Assembly (NCBI RefSeq): GCF_018977255.1
Contig: NW_024704743.1
Span: 18,292,001 to 18,356,000 of the forward strand
From: Callorhinchus milii
Taxonomy: Eukaryota
Direction: 5' to 3'
DNA: 64,000 bases
Below are positions 30,501 through 42,500 of the stretch, in pieces. The notes under the pieces were generated by a model, which worked only from the letters and a program-made list of their open reading frames with translations, made no database searches and was not told the origin of the DNA. Positions within the stretch are counted from its first letter, which is position 1, and each line of letters starts with the position of its first letter. The translations under genes and the position numbers were made by a program.

Positions 30501-33500
30501 AAAACAATTAAACTCAGTAAACTCCTGATAACTTGACCCTGGACTAACTTGTCACTATCATTTTAAGTCATCATGTTATTAATATCCTGACTGCATCTAT
30601 TTATGTATTTACACATATGCCTCACTCGCCACTCCTGATAACTCGTCACTGAGCCTTTTACCCTTGGAGTTATCAGGTGTTTGTTGTAGTACCTTTCACA
30701 TCGGGAGGATGTCCCAAGGCACCACACAAGCTTACCTTAACCCACGTGAAATAGCAGCTGGGATAAGTGGAGTCCAAATCGAAAGCATTGAAGGAATAAT
30801 CGATTGTGTTCCCTTCTGTTGCTTGTATAGTCCAGTTACAGTTGTGCTCAGGAGGATAATCCTCTGGAAAGTTTATACTTTCCAAGACTCCACGGCTGTG
30901 ATTTGCAATGATTACATTCTGGCAATCTGGGAATTAAAATAAAGTTATTCTTAAAGTTTGAAAAATCGGACATTGGAACGAGATTGTAACTCCAAATGTG
31001 GAGTTTTAACTTAGGCATTCACTTATCCCCTATTAAATTGTGGTATTCTGAACACATTTCCCCTTAAATGCCTTCAATGTCCTGTTCAAGGAATAGAATC
31101 ATAATGTGATTTGTAATACTTCACCAAGCAGTAACTTCCAAACCTCTCTGGAAAGCTGTGGGTGCCACCATCTTGGAATCGCACAGAGATTGTTGTTGAG
31201 TATCTAAACTGGTCTTTCTGAGTTTATTTAGGAGTTATTGGCTTATCTCGATCCTAGCCAGGGAAGTAATTTTCTATCATTTACAAATTGCCACCAAGGC
31301 CTCGTTCAAATTTTTGGGCTCAACCAGATTTAGCAATATCACAGTTTTGACCCTAAAGTGATTTCTGACCTGCCTGAGTTGTTCATTCATTTACTTACTA
31401 GATTTGTATTTGGCAAAAAATCCCCCTCGACCAATTGAGTTGTCAGTTCGGAGTTTTATGTACATATTGTTACTTGTGGAGCGGATGGTTGTTGGCTTTT
31501 GATTACCACACAACGTAGCTAGGAGGTAAGAATTTGTGCTGTTTCCATCATAGACCTAGGAGAGATACAGAAGATAATGCAGATAAGGTCTTAGCTTAAA
31601 CTGGCACTATGTACTGCCAAACTTAGATTTGATGAAAGTACAATACAGACACAACAACAAATTACATTTGTATAGCGCCTTTCTTGTCGGAAGGATGTCC
31701 CAAGGCACTGGACAGTTAAGGATTTGCACCCAAGCTGGGGGTTGGAATCAAGAATGGTGGAGGATAGGAGGGGTGAGGGCCAAAGACACAATCAAAGAGC
31801 AAGCTTTTTAGATGGGTCTTGAAGGAGGCCAGGGAGGGGGCAAAGCAGAGGGGTTCTGTGATGGATTCCCAGAGGTGGGATCAGAAAAGCTAAAGGCTCA
31901 ACCACCAATGGTGGGGCAGATAGGGTAGGGGAAATGGAGGATGCCAGTGTCCACCAAGCGTCATGGTACCAATAGTTCGCTGAGGTAGGGAGGAGCATGA
32001 CAGTGGAGGAGTTTAAAAGTGAGGACGAGAATGTTGAACTCGATCCTCTGGGGCATGGGGAGCCAGTAGAGATGGGCGAGGATAGGGGTGATCAGTTCAG
32101 GGAGCTGACAAAAGATGATTAGTTTCTTCCTCAGTTCATCTTCCCTGGCTCCTCTAGCACAGTTTCTCATAAGCATTCTTTGTGAGGATGTGAAGAACCG
32201 GAAATAGGTCAACTGCAATGATTCTTGGTTCTTGGTAGATACTAGGCAAAGGAATAATAATAATCTTGTATTTGATATAGTGCCTTATCAAGGCGTTGAG
32301 ACATTGCAAAGCACTTCACAGAATATACTGTAAAGTGGATTGACTGTATATTTTGTGTGAAAAAAGAATAGAATTCAAAAATAACTGTTCCACTTAATAT
32401 AAGTGTTTTAGGACTTCAACAATAATTTACTGTGAAGTGTTGCAATTGGTTAACATGGGCAAACTTGGCACCAAACTGTGTCAGCATCCTTCCACAAATA
32501 GGGATAAAATGCATGGCCAAACGTAATCTGTGAATTTTGAAAGAGTAAGTTTATATGTACAAATAAGGATTATCATCATGTACAACACATTGAAGAATGA
32601 ACTATCTGCTTTTAATTGTGCACAGATCCATGAGTCTTCTGATCCTGACCCTTTCTTTCAAATAATTGTTCAGTTTTTGTGTACACTGCTGTAACTCAAT
32701 CATTCTAACTGTCCTTATAATCACCTGATCTTTTTCTTCATCAGTGACGACAGAGAGAATTCCCTTTTTAAATGTTCAATAAAATTTCCCAGAATAACCT
32801 CAATGGAACATGAGCTTTTACAGGATCTGACATGTTAGCAGAGATTAAATCAATTTGGATCAACTTGCAATAATATAACAGTGATTCAAATCAATATTTT
32901 GCTTGAACTATCTCCAAGGGTTTCTACTATGATTTTTGCTTTGAATTAAGATATTTTTTCTTTAATTAGGTGGGAAAGGCACAGTACAAACAGGGCACGA
33001 GTTATTGTAGCCTGGACGTTTTGATCTTGAGCAGAATTAAATTATGTAGAATTGATATTAGCCAAGAACTTGGAGATTACAATGAAGGGAACATCAAATG
33101 AGGAAAGGTTTAATCTTTAAATATCTGTGGATCAGAGTTGGGGTGAATTTGGGACCTGTGATGATGGTGAATCCAGTCAACAAGGCCAGTCAATAACTGA
33201 AGACTTACTGCATCTCCACCCTGCTCTTTCATAATGATTGAATCTTCTTGTTGTTGATTGAACCTCCTGCTGGGTCACATTGTCATTGGACTTGTGGACC
33301 CTCGGGATACCAACTTAACTCAACTAAAAATAGAAGAGTTCAGTTGTCATCCTCCTAATTGGTATGCCACTTTGCTCCAGCAGGAAATTCCACAAAGTTA
33401 CCTGATTCACAAGATTTCGGCCCCAAGGTTATTTTGTGTCAGAGTGAGCTTTTGCGAGTTAGTTTGGTGTACATGGAATTCTTCACAGAAGTTTGTTGTG

Positions 33501-36500
33501 AAGCACTTTTTCTGGTGATGAGGGATTTCTGCTTTCTTGTACTTTTTCATTTCCTTATGTTGCAAATATTACTTAGCAGTGAGAACCACATATGCGCTAT
33601 ATGATGCAATAATTAAAACAATGCTTTGAAGCACGGACTGCCTTTTCTATCAACTTAAGCCAGCAAGAAATAATATCTGGCACTAGAACCTGTTTGGTAT
33701 CCTAGCCAACAAACTCCAAATAATCATGGCTGTTTGTAGGACATTACTGTGTGCAAATTGCCTGCCATAGTTTGCCTATAAAACAGAGTCACCACACTAA
33801 CAGTAAATCCTGTAAAGTGCTTTGAGGCACCCTCTCAATGTAAAATAAACAATATCAAATGCAAATGAATAGAACATAAGAGAGAAAGGAATACATGAGG
33901 AAGAATGGAATAGAAGGGTATGGGAGAGAGTGAAGAAGTGAGTTGAGACTTGTGGAGTACAAACACTGACATGGACTAGTTAGGCTAAATAGTCCACTTC
34001 CGTGCTGTACAGTCTGTATTATTATACATATTCAGAACACAGAATTTGGGTTAAATTTGAATTGTAAATGACTAATTACATGTATTATCATTTACCTTCA
34101 AATATGCAGTCACTGCCCTTGATGGCAATTACCTGTGAAGCTCTTTGAAATGTTATCAATGCAAGGAATAATATCTGTTCATTCAAGAAACTATTTAACA
34201 ATTCAAATCTTAGTAGTCTGGCTGGCCTGTTTTGGCGTTGAAATAACATTGTTGGCTGGAGATTTTTTTTTGTACATCAAACACAAGTAGGAACCTTGAA
34301 TACATACAGCTAGGTAATCATAACTGCATCCAGAGATGGAATCCAAGTGGAATGCATCAAAGTCCAGTTCAATGATACTGCCCGCATTGATCTGAATACG
34401 CCAGTAACATTCTGTGTTGTGTGGGTACGGCATTGGATAATTGGGAGAGGTGAAGCTTCCTGTTGATGTTGTGAGTGTCCCACCGCAACCTGAAGAAAAC
34501 ACAGATTTTATTCAGCTGCCAAAACAAATAGCATTTCTAATATATGGGAGCAGCTCCAGAGGTGTCATGATGATGCAGTCAGTCACTCTCTGCAGCCAAG
34601 CTGGTTGTGTCCTCCCTTGTTCAAGTGTCCTCAAGTCACACACCATTCCTCAACTAAGGGGAAGGGGTAAGAAATCTGCTATTATGGTTACAAATCTGGG
34701 CACTCAGAAATGTACGAGTGCAGCCTGGGTTGATTCCTACTGGGGTTGTTATACTTGAAATAAATAGAGGTATTCAGTACTGGAAACCTATGGTGTGTAC
34801 ACTTGTAAAAATCATGAGGATTTATCCAAGTCCCAGCCCAATAGGCTCCGTATAACATTTTTGGAACATTTTCAGAGCAAGGCCACTATTTCTGCTGGGC
34901 TATTATTTGTATTTGTTCCTTTAACCCATGGACTACAGACTTTTTAGACTTGTGAGCAATAAAAAGGATTTCTCAGATTTCCAAGATAATTCTTAACAAT
35001 CAGTGTGGGGTTGAATATGTGTTGCTAATTAAATTACTTATTCACTTGGCTGGGATTATTCTCCTTAGAGCAGAGAAGGTCGAGGGGAGATTTAATAGAG
35101 CTGTTCAAAATTATGAGGGGTTTTGATAGAGCAGATAGGGAGAAACTGTTTCCTCTGGTGGGTGGATCAGTAACTAAAGGACACAGATGTAAGATAACTG
35201 GCAAAATATCCAGAGGGGAGATGAGGAGGCATTTTTTTTAACCCAGAAAGTTGTTATGGTCTGGAATGCACTGCCTGAAAGGGTGGTGGAAACAGATTTG
35301 AAAATAGCTTTCAAAAGGGAACTAGATAGGTACTTAACAAGGAAGAATTTGTGAGCTATGGGGTAAGATTGGGACTAATTGGTAGCTCTTTCAAAGTGCC
35401 AGCAGACATGATGGGCCGAATGGCCTCTTTTTGTGCTGTAATATTCTATGATTCTATAGTCAGCCAGGTGTCTGAAACCCATAGTCATGCTTAAGAGTAT
35501 CCAAACCAAAATGAGAATTCCATGCATCCCACCCACATATGGAAATGCAAGAGATAGATTGTTCGAATGGAACGCACTCTCTCCCTAGATGGACGCATCC
35601 TGCTTACCTAATTCCAGAAAGTATGAGGCACAGGTTGGCAAGAGCCAAGGCTTGGGGACCCAGAATATGCTTTGGATAGTTAAAAATCCTTGTTCTCGCC
35701 TTCAAAAGCCCTCTACTACCTTGCTCCTTCCTACCTCTGTGATCTGCTAACGCCACATCAACCTGTACGCTCTGTTCGCTCAGCAGGTTCCATCTTGCTC
35801 CACATCCCCCTCCTGCCCACCTCATCATCGGCAGTCGGGCTTTTAGCCTCTCACCCCCCACCCTTTGGAACTCCACCCCACAGTCCCTTTGCCTTGCTCC
35901 CTCCCTTGCCTCCTTCAAGACATGTCTCAACAACCTCATCTTCGATCGTGCCTTCGATCACTCTCCTACCCCTATCCTCCCTGCCCTCTATCCTTCCTGA
36001 TCCCAATCCCCTGCTCAGGTCCAAATCTCTGACTGTCCAGCACTTTGGGATGTCCTCCCTACGTGAAAGGCGCTATACAATTGTAATTTGTTGTTGGGTT
36101 AGTGCTGGAGTCTAACCAGCTAAACTCGAATAGTTTGCCATTGATATCGCTGTCTGGCAAGCTTTCCCACTGCTCGTCCAGCTAGGGCCATTGTACCTGT
36201 TAGGGCTTTGGCTTGGAGGGTTAACAGGACTTGAGTGGGATGGATGATTTCCTATCCCCAGGTCGGCTGTGCTGTCATCAGCAGTGCCCAGTTCAACTCC
36301 AAGGAGACCCCACTTATCTCCGCCTCCCCAAGGAGAATAATGAAAGAGGATTTTGGTACTAATGGTAGTAATTCTTCACCTCAGAGAGAGTCCCTTGGGC
36401 ATAAAGTTCATATTCAGCAGGGAATTGACCCCAACTCCTGAGATCTCAGCTCCAATGCGATCTCAGGTCAGAGGCAGTGATAACATCTTCTGATTAAGGA

Positions 36501-39500
36501 ATGATGCACTGGATTCCCTGGGGAAAAAGGTTTTCCTCTTTGATGTTGCTTTAGTTCTGACAAAGCATTGTGGACCTGAAATGTCACTCACTTTCCTTTC
36601 TCCATAGATGCTGCCTGACCTGCTGAGTGTTCCCAGGGACTTCTGTTTTTGTTTTCACAATGTAAATTGTATTTGTATTGTATTGAAAATGCAAATATAC
36701 ATTAGGATGTGTTTTTGCTGTCAACCAGGCACTAGCAAAATCTCATCTTTCCATCCACAGCCTTGTTTCAGTCCCTGTGCTGAATCTTATGTACCACAAA
36801 TGAATCATCAGCCTATTTTGAAACATTCTCCAAGTGGTATTCTTCTTGTGTGAACACAGTTAACAAGTATTGGCATGCTACTTGATCAATGGAGGGAAAT
36901 GAGAGCCAAGCCCAATCTTGTCCTCATCCAATATCCACATATATGTACTCTCCAGCAGAAGTCATTAATTATCAATTGGAAGGGACATTGATGTTTTCCC
37001 TCTCTTTAGTACAAGCACACTGGGGAAAACTGTTTGCCAAGGCTACTTACCTGGCTGAAAGACAATTCAGCACAGTTGTTGACTACTTAATGTGGATTTT
37101 ACACTCATCCCTACTATGAACAATGCTTAAAATGCTTTGAGACATCTTAACAATGTGATAGGGCACTATATCAAATGCAAGGATTATTATTATAAAATTA
37201 AAACACACACTGAGGGGTGGCATACTTAATGTAGGGAACCTGCAACATCCTTAAGTTAAATAGCACCTCTAAAAGTTTTTCAAGAAGCTACTTTTCAGCA
37301 ATTTACAGCAGCAAATAAGCAGTGTGAATAAGTAGTAGCTCAGCTTTTTATATTCAATGAAACCAATATTATTACCTGTGGAAGTACCATCCCAGTGAGC
37401 CATGAAACCACGTTTTTCAAAAAAACTGTTCGACGAAAACTTAATCCATAGCCTATTGCTGTGAGACAAGATGAGTGGTGGGGCAGTCTCACTAAATGTA
37501 CCAATCAAATTAGATGTTTCATATCCTCCATTCCTGAAAGAAAAAGATACAGTAAATTAGAATAAGCAAGTAATACAAGTTTATGCATTGTGATCTTATA
37601 ACAAAAATTGGAGTCAAACTGATATAATCGCCTGCTTGGGAAGTCTGTCAAATAAAAAGCAAGTATAACTGGTGTCCCAGGGTAGCTGATGAGAGAAGGA
37701 GCTGGAGATACAAGGATGGAAATTACAAGGTGTGATAATTATCAGGTAGAAATTCTGACTGAAGATGATCGACCTCTTCTGATCTCAGCACAATGGTAAA
37801 CTGGGTAAGTATCATTTGCTTCATTTCCCAATTCTTTTTCTTGCACAATTAAATGTAATTTACCAAGAAAATATTTATGGAAACCTTTACTACTAATTTG
37901 AACTATGTGCTTTGCAACTTTGTGCAAATACAAAATGTTTCATTAAAGATTGTGCTGAATGAACAGTTTACTTTCTCTGTGCTGGTTGCACATCCTTCGT
38001 CCTTTCCGCCCCAGCATCAGAGGCTGTTCTTTCATCTATTCCCTGAAACTCTGTACCTCAATCCCTCCTTCTTGCCTGTCCTTGCCCAAATTCCAGGCAC
38101 ACCTGAAGACCTTCCTCTTCACCTCCCTTCTCTCCCCAGCTCAGAGTCAAACTCTGCTAAGTGCTCTGAGCTCTGTTAAATACTCCAAGACACTACCTCA
38201 TGTGAAAGGTGCAAATAAATGTAAGTTATTGTTGCTTTTATTCTGCAGTCATTTCTTTCCCTCAAATCTGTTTTCGCATTTCAAGCAGACATAGTTTTCT
38301 CTGAATCCAACATCTGTTTACCAGAGCAATTGCGTTAAATTCTCAAGTCTCTGCCAAGACCCAAATCGGCCGAGACCCACTTTGTACCTTGATCCAAGGC
38401 CCATGATAACTTAGAGATCTTGCCACTAATTAGGTGAGTGGGCTTCACCACTCCCTTATCCTGTCCAATGAATAGTTACGGCCATCATGTAGCCCCCAAT
38501 CCTGACTTCCTGACCGAATTTGCCAAGTCTAGTGATTGCTTGTGTTGACGTAAACCGCTACCATGTTGGAAAATTGTTATGGCTGGGGGCCAAAGAGGGC
38601 TGCAAGTTAATTTGTGATACCTTATCTCTCATGTCCATCTTTTCTCTGACTGGGGTGGGGGGTGGTTCTGGAAATTGGCAAACTCTAACCGACCTTGCAT
38701 GCTAACTCAAGTCAACACTTCCTAACTCTGGTGCAACTATCATAAATCAGTCCCCACTATTTTACGAGATTTGCTCCATTTCCTCACATTGAATTGTTGG
38801 TACCCACATTGTAATTACACATAAGCCGGAAATTCCGACTCACCAACCAGATCTCCCTTATATAATAATAATAATCCTTGCATTTGACATAGCGCTTTTT
38901 CACGTCTTCTAGATGTCTCAAAGTGCTTCACAGAATAGACTGTAAAGTGAATTGACTGGATATTTGTGGGCAAAATGCAGCAGCCAATTGCGCACAGCAG
39001 TGTCCCACAAACAGTCATGGATTGAAATGACCAATTTATTATTGTTTGTTTTGAGGGATTATTATCAGGCGTGTGGAGTAAGGAAACTTGCCCAAGGTTT
39101 CACCCTGCCAGGAATCGAGCCCAGGTCTCTCGCTTGCAAATCAAGTGCTCTAACCGCTGAGCCACAGGACTCCCTTCATTAGTCTGGCTAGCCAGGGTTT
39201 TAGTGTAAATGGGATCTGTGTCTCCAGATAATAAAGAAACCTCCCTAATTCCTGGCTGCTGTCTATCTACCCATGTTAGAACAAATATGCATGGACACTG
39301 GTGAGAGCATACTTGGGCACAGTCGTGCTTATCCTCATCACACAAAATCACAAGATTAGTTTGGATGAAGAAGGTCCTTTGACCCATCTGATTTCATCCT
39401 TGCAGAACTCCCACCCTAACACCACCATCATAACATCAAACTGTTTTTTTTTAAATAAAACAGTCCAGTATTGTGACCTCAAACGCATGTCTTGGCTACC

Positions 39501-42500
39501 TGTTCCAACTGTTGATTATTCTCAGAATAAAAACTTACGGTATCTGTCCTGAATTTCTGTTTACAACTCTACACTTATGACCTCTTGTTCCACTGACTTG
39601 GTGAATCCTTAAGTATTGATTTGGGTTTATTTTTTCAATCCCATTTAAAATTTTATACACCTCTATGAGGTTCCCTCTAAGTCGGCTTTTCTAAAGACTG
39701 AAGAGCACCAGCTCCACTTTTCATTGTTCACAGCTCATATCACCTCCTAATATCATTCTTGTTGCTGTCCTCTATGCTGCCTCCAATTACCTGCACAGCC
39801 CCCTTATGTCGCAGTGACCAGAATTGTATGCAGTACTCAAGGTGCAGTCTGACTAGAGCACTGTACAGCTACAGTTTGGCAATATTAACCTGCATTCTAC
39901 AGCTCGGTGATTGATTAAAGATAAAACACCAGATTAAAGAGCAACATTGTGGTCAAAAATGTTATACAGATCATTGACCTCATGATGTATGTGTGCATTT
40001 TGGACCAAAGTGTTCAGGGACACTTTGCCGAAGAAATGCCAAGATGTAACACAATACTCAGAGTAAAGCAAAACAGCAGCAAGACTTCTGAAGGCAGTAC
40101 TCAAATTGCCTCTGGGGTCTGGGCAGCCTCTTTATGTTGTGGGGACCAGTATTGTATGCTGTACTCAAGGTGCGGTGTGACAAGAACACTATACAACCCG
40201 AGTACAACATCTGGGGATCTAAACTCAACCTATTTGTAATATAGCTCAGAATCCTGTTTGCCTTGTTCATTGTTGCCTCACACAGTTTTGACATAATGAG
40301 CAATAAGTTAATTAACACCCTTAGATAACTTTCAGCTTCCCCTTGGTAAGTTCTATCCCATCCATGGAGTACTGTACTTCATATTCAGAACAAGATGCTA
40401 AATATATTAAAAGTTTAATCTGTATTAAACTTCATTTGCCAGTTATCAGCCCACGTACATAAGCTGTCAAGCTCTTGTGGTTAAGCATTCTTCTAACACT
40501 CAAAATCCACATATGGAACCATTCACAGTAATGGGTCCTCATCTTCAGTAGAGTAAGAGCAAAGAGAGAGATTTGTGGAAAGTGAGAGCAAATATACTTT
40601 GGAAATCAGTTAAGCATATTTTCAGAGATGAACAACAAATAATTCTGGATAAACTTTCTCAGGAGTCCTGGTAAATATTTCTGACTCATTCAAATTCACC
40701 AAAAACATAGATTATCTATCTCATGTGTTATTGCTCCTAGCATTAAAGTAATTAGCAACAGGATGGCTGATTCAGATTTCCTGCTCTGAAGCCAGGAGCT
40801 GACGAGAGCTCTGCACGCACAACTCAAACTTTCTTTTTAAATGTTAGGAGTATAATTCTCTCTTTATTAAGATTTAAAATCCCTCTGTCCACTAAAGTTC
40901 TTGGGTTGTTCAGTAAACTATTTGAGAGATCATGTTGAAGTAAAGCTGAAGCTACTCTCACTACCCATACTGATTCTGCACTGGTGATCTTTTCTTGATG
41001 CAACTATCTTGTTAATGTGTTCAATTATTTCACCCACAAAATATACAGTCAATTCACTTTACATTATATTCTGTGAAGCGCTTTGAGACATCTTGATGAT
41101 GTGATAAGGTGCTATACCAAATGCAAGGATTATTATTATTTGAGGGAATCTGGCAGATTTATAATAGAGAAGATAGAGCAAGATCTGTAGAATGAATGGA
41201 CTTGATAGGCTGAGTCATTTTCTCATCTCAGGCATTCTTATGTTCTCATGGGCATAGTCAACATTCCTGACCTCTGGCCAGATGTCAACCTGAATCACTT
41301 ACCAGGACTCTCTACCCCGAGTCAGAAGATCATAGGTTCAAGCCCAACATCGGGACTTTGAACTCGCATAGTCTATGCTGACACTCAAATGTAGTGGTGA
41401 AGATTTGCTGCATTGATAGAAATACCGCCTTTCGATGAGATTTTAAACTGAGGTCCCATTTGCCTGTTCAGTTGGACTATTAAGATCCCAATATTTCAAA
41501 AGAGAATTGGGTTTCTTCCAGTGTCCTGGCCAACAGTCCCAAAATAAAATTGGACACTCACTCCAACTGTTTGCGAGACATTGTTGTGTGCAAATTGGCT
41601 GCCATATTCACTCACAAAATACAGTCAATAGACTCTACGGTATATCCTGTTAAATGCTGTGAGATGTCCTGTAGGTGTGGAAGTTGCCACATCAAATGCA
41701 TTTGATTTTTAATTCCCTGCCTTTATACCTCCAGCAATCCCCTTTCTATCTGTCTTTAAATCCCACCTTAAAATGTATCCCTTCGATCATTTCTATGGCC
41801 ACCTCCTTCACCCTTCTTGGATGTCTGACCCAACCAATGAGAGAGCTCAGCCTGTTATGAAGGATCTTATACTTATCTATCGATAAGAGTGCAATGTCTA
41901 ATTACATTTCAACAAGACGGAAGAGAACAGGACACTTACCTAATTTCCACATAGTCAGAATATCCATCCAATTCAAAGTCAGTGAAGTTGAGCCTAATTT
42001 GTTTGTTATTTTTTACAGTGATTGTGTAGATGCACTCCACCAAACTTGGGTAGTCATTGGGATAGTTTGGGGATGTCAACGAGCCAGTCGATTCAGTGAA
42101 TTCTTTTGTACATACTGGAAATGAAATAAAAACAAGTTACAATTTTATAAAACAAGCAATAAAAGTAAATGCATTTATGAAGCATCGAATAATAATCCTT
42201 ACATTTGATATTGTGCTTTTCATGTCCGGAGGACGTCACAAAGCACATCACAGAAATAACTGTAAAGTGGAGTGATTGTATAGAAGATGGCAGCCAATTT
42301 GCATACATCAATGTCCCACTAACAGCCATGAGCCATGAGTGACCAATTTTATTTGGGGGATTGTTGGTAAGGACAATGGGAGAAAGAAACTACCTTTTCT
42401 CTTCATGTAGAGCCTTGGGATCATTAACATCCATCTCAACAGATATAAATGGCCTTAGTTTAATGTCTTATCTAAAGGATGCACCTCCAACACCTCTAGC

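Noticed and set aside
32400..33560. Possible decayed coding relic on the minus strand (GDS and VILLQV motifs recalling a CR1 ORF1 esterase)
   Set aside because: Motif order and spacing are wrong and there are many stops; unsupportable without a profile search.
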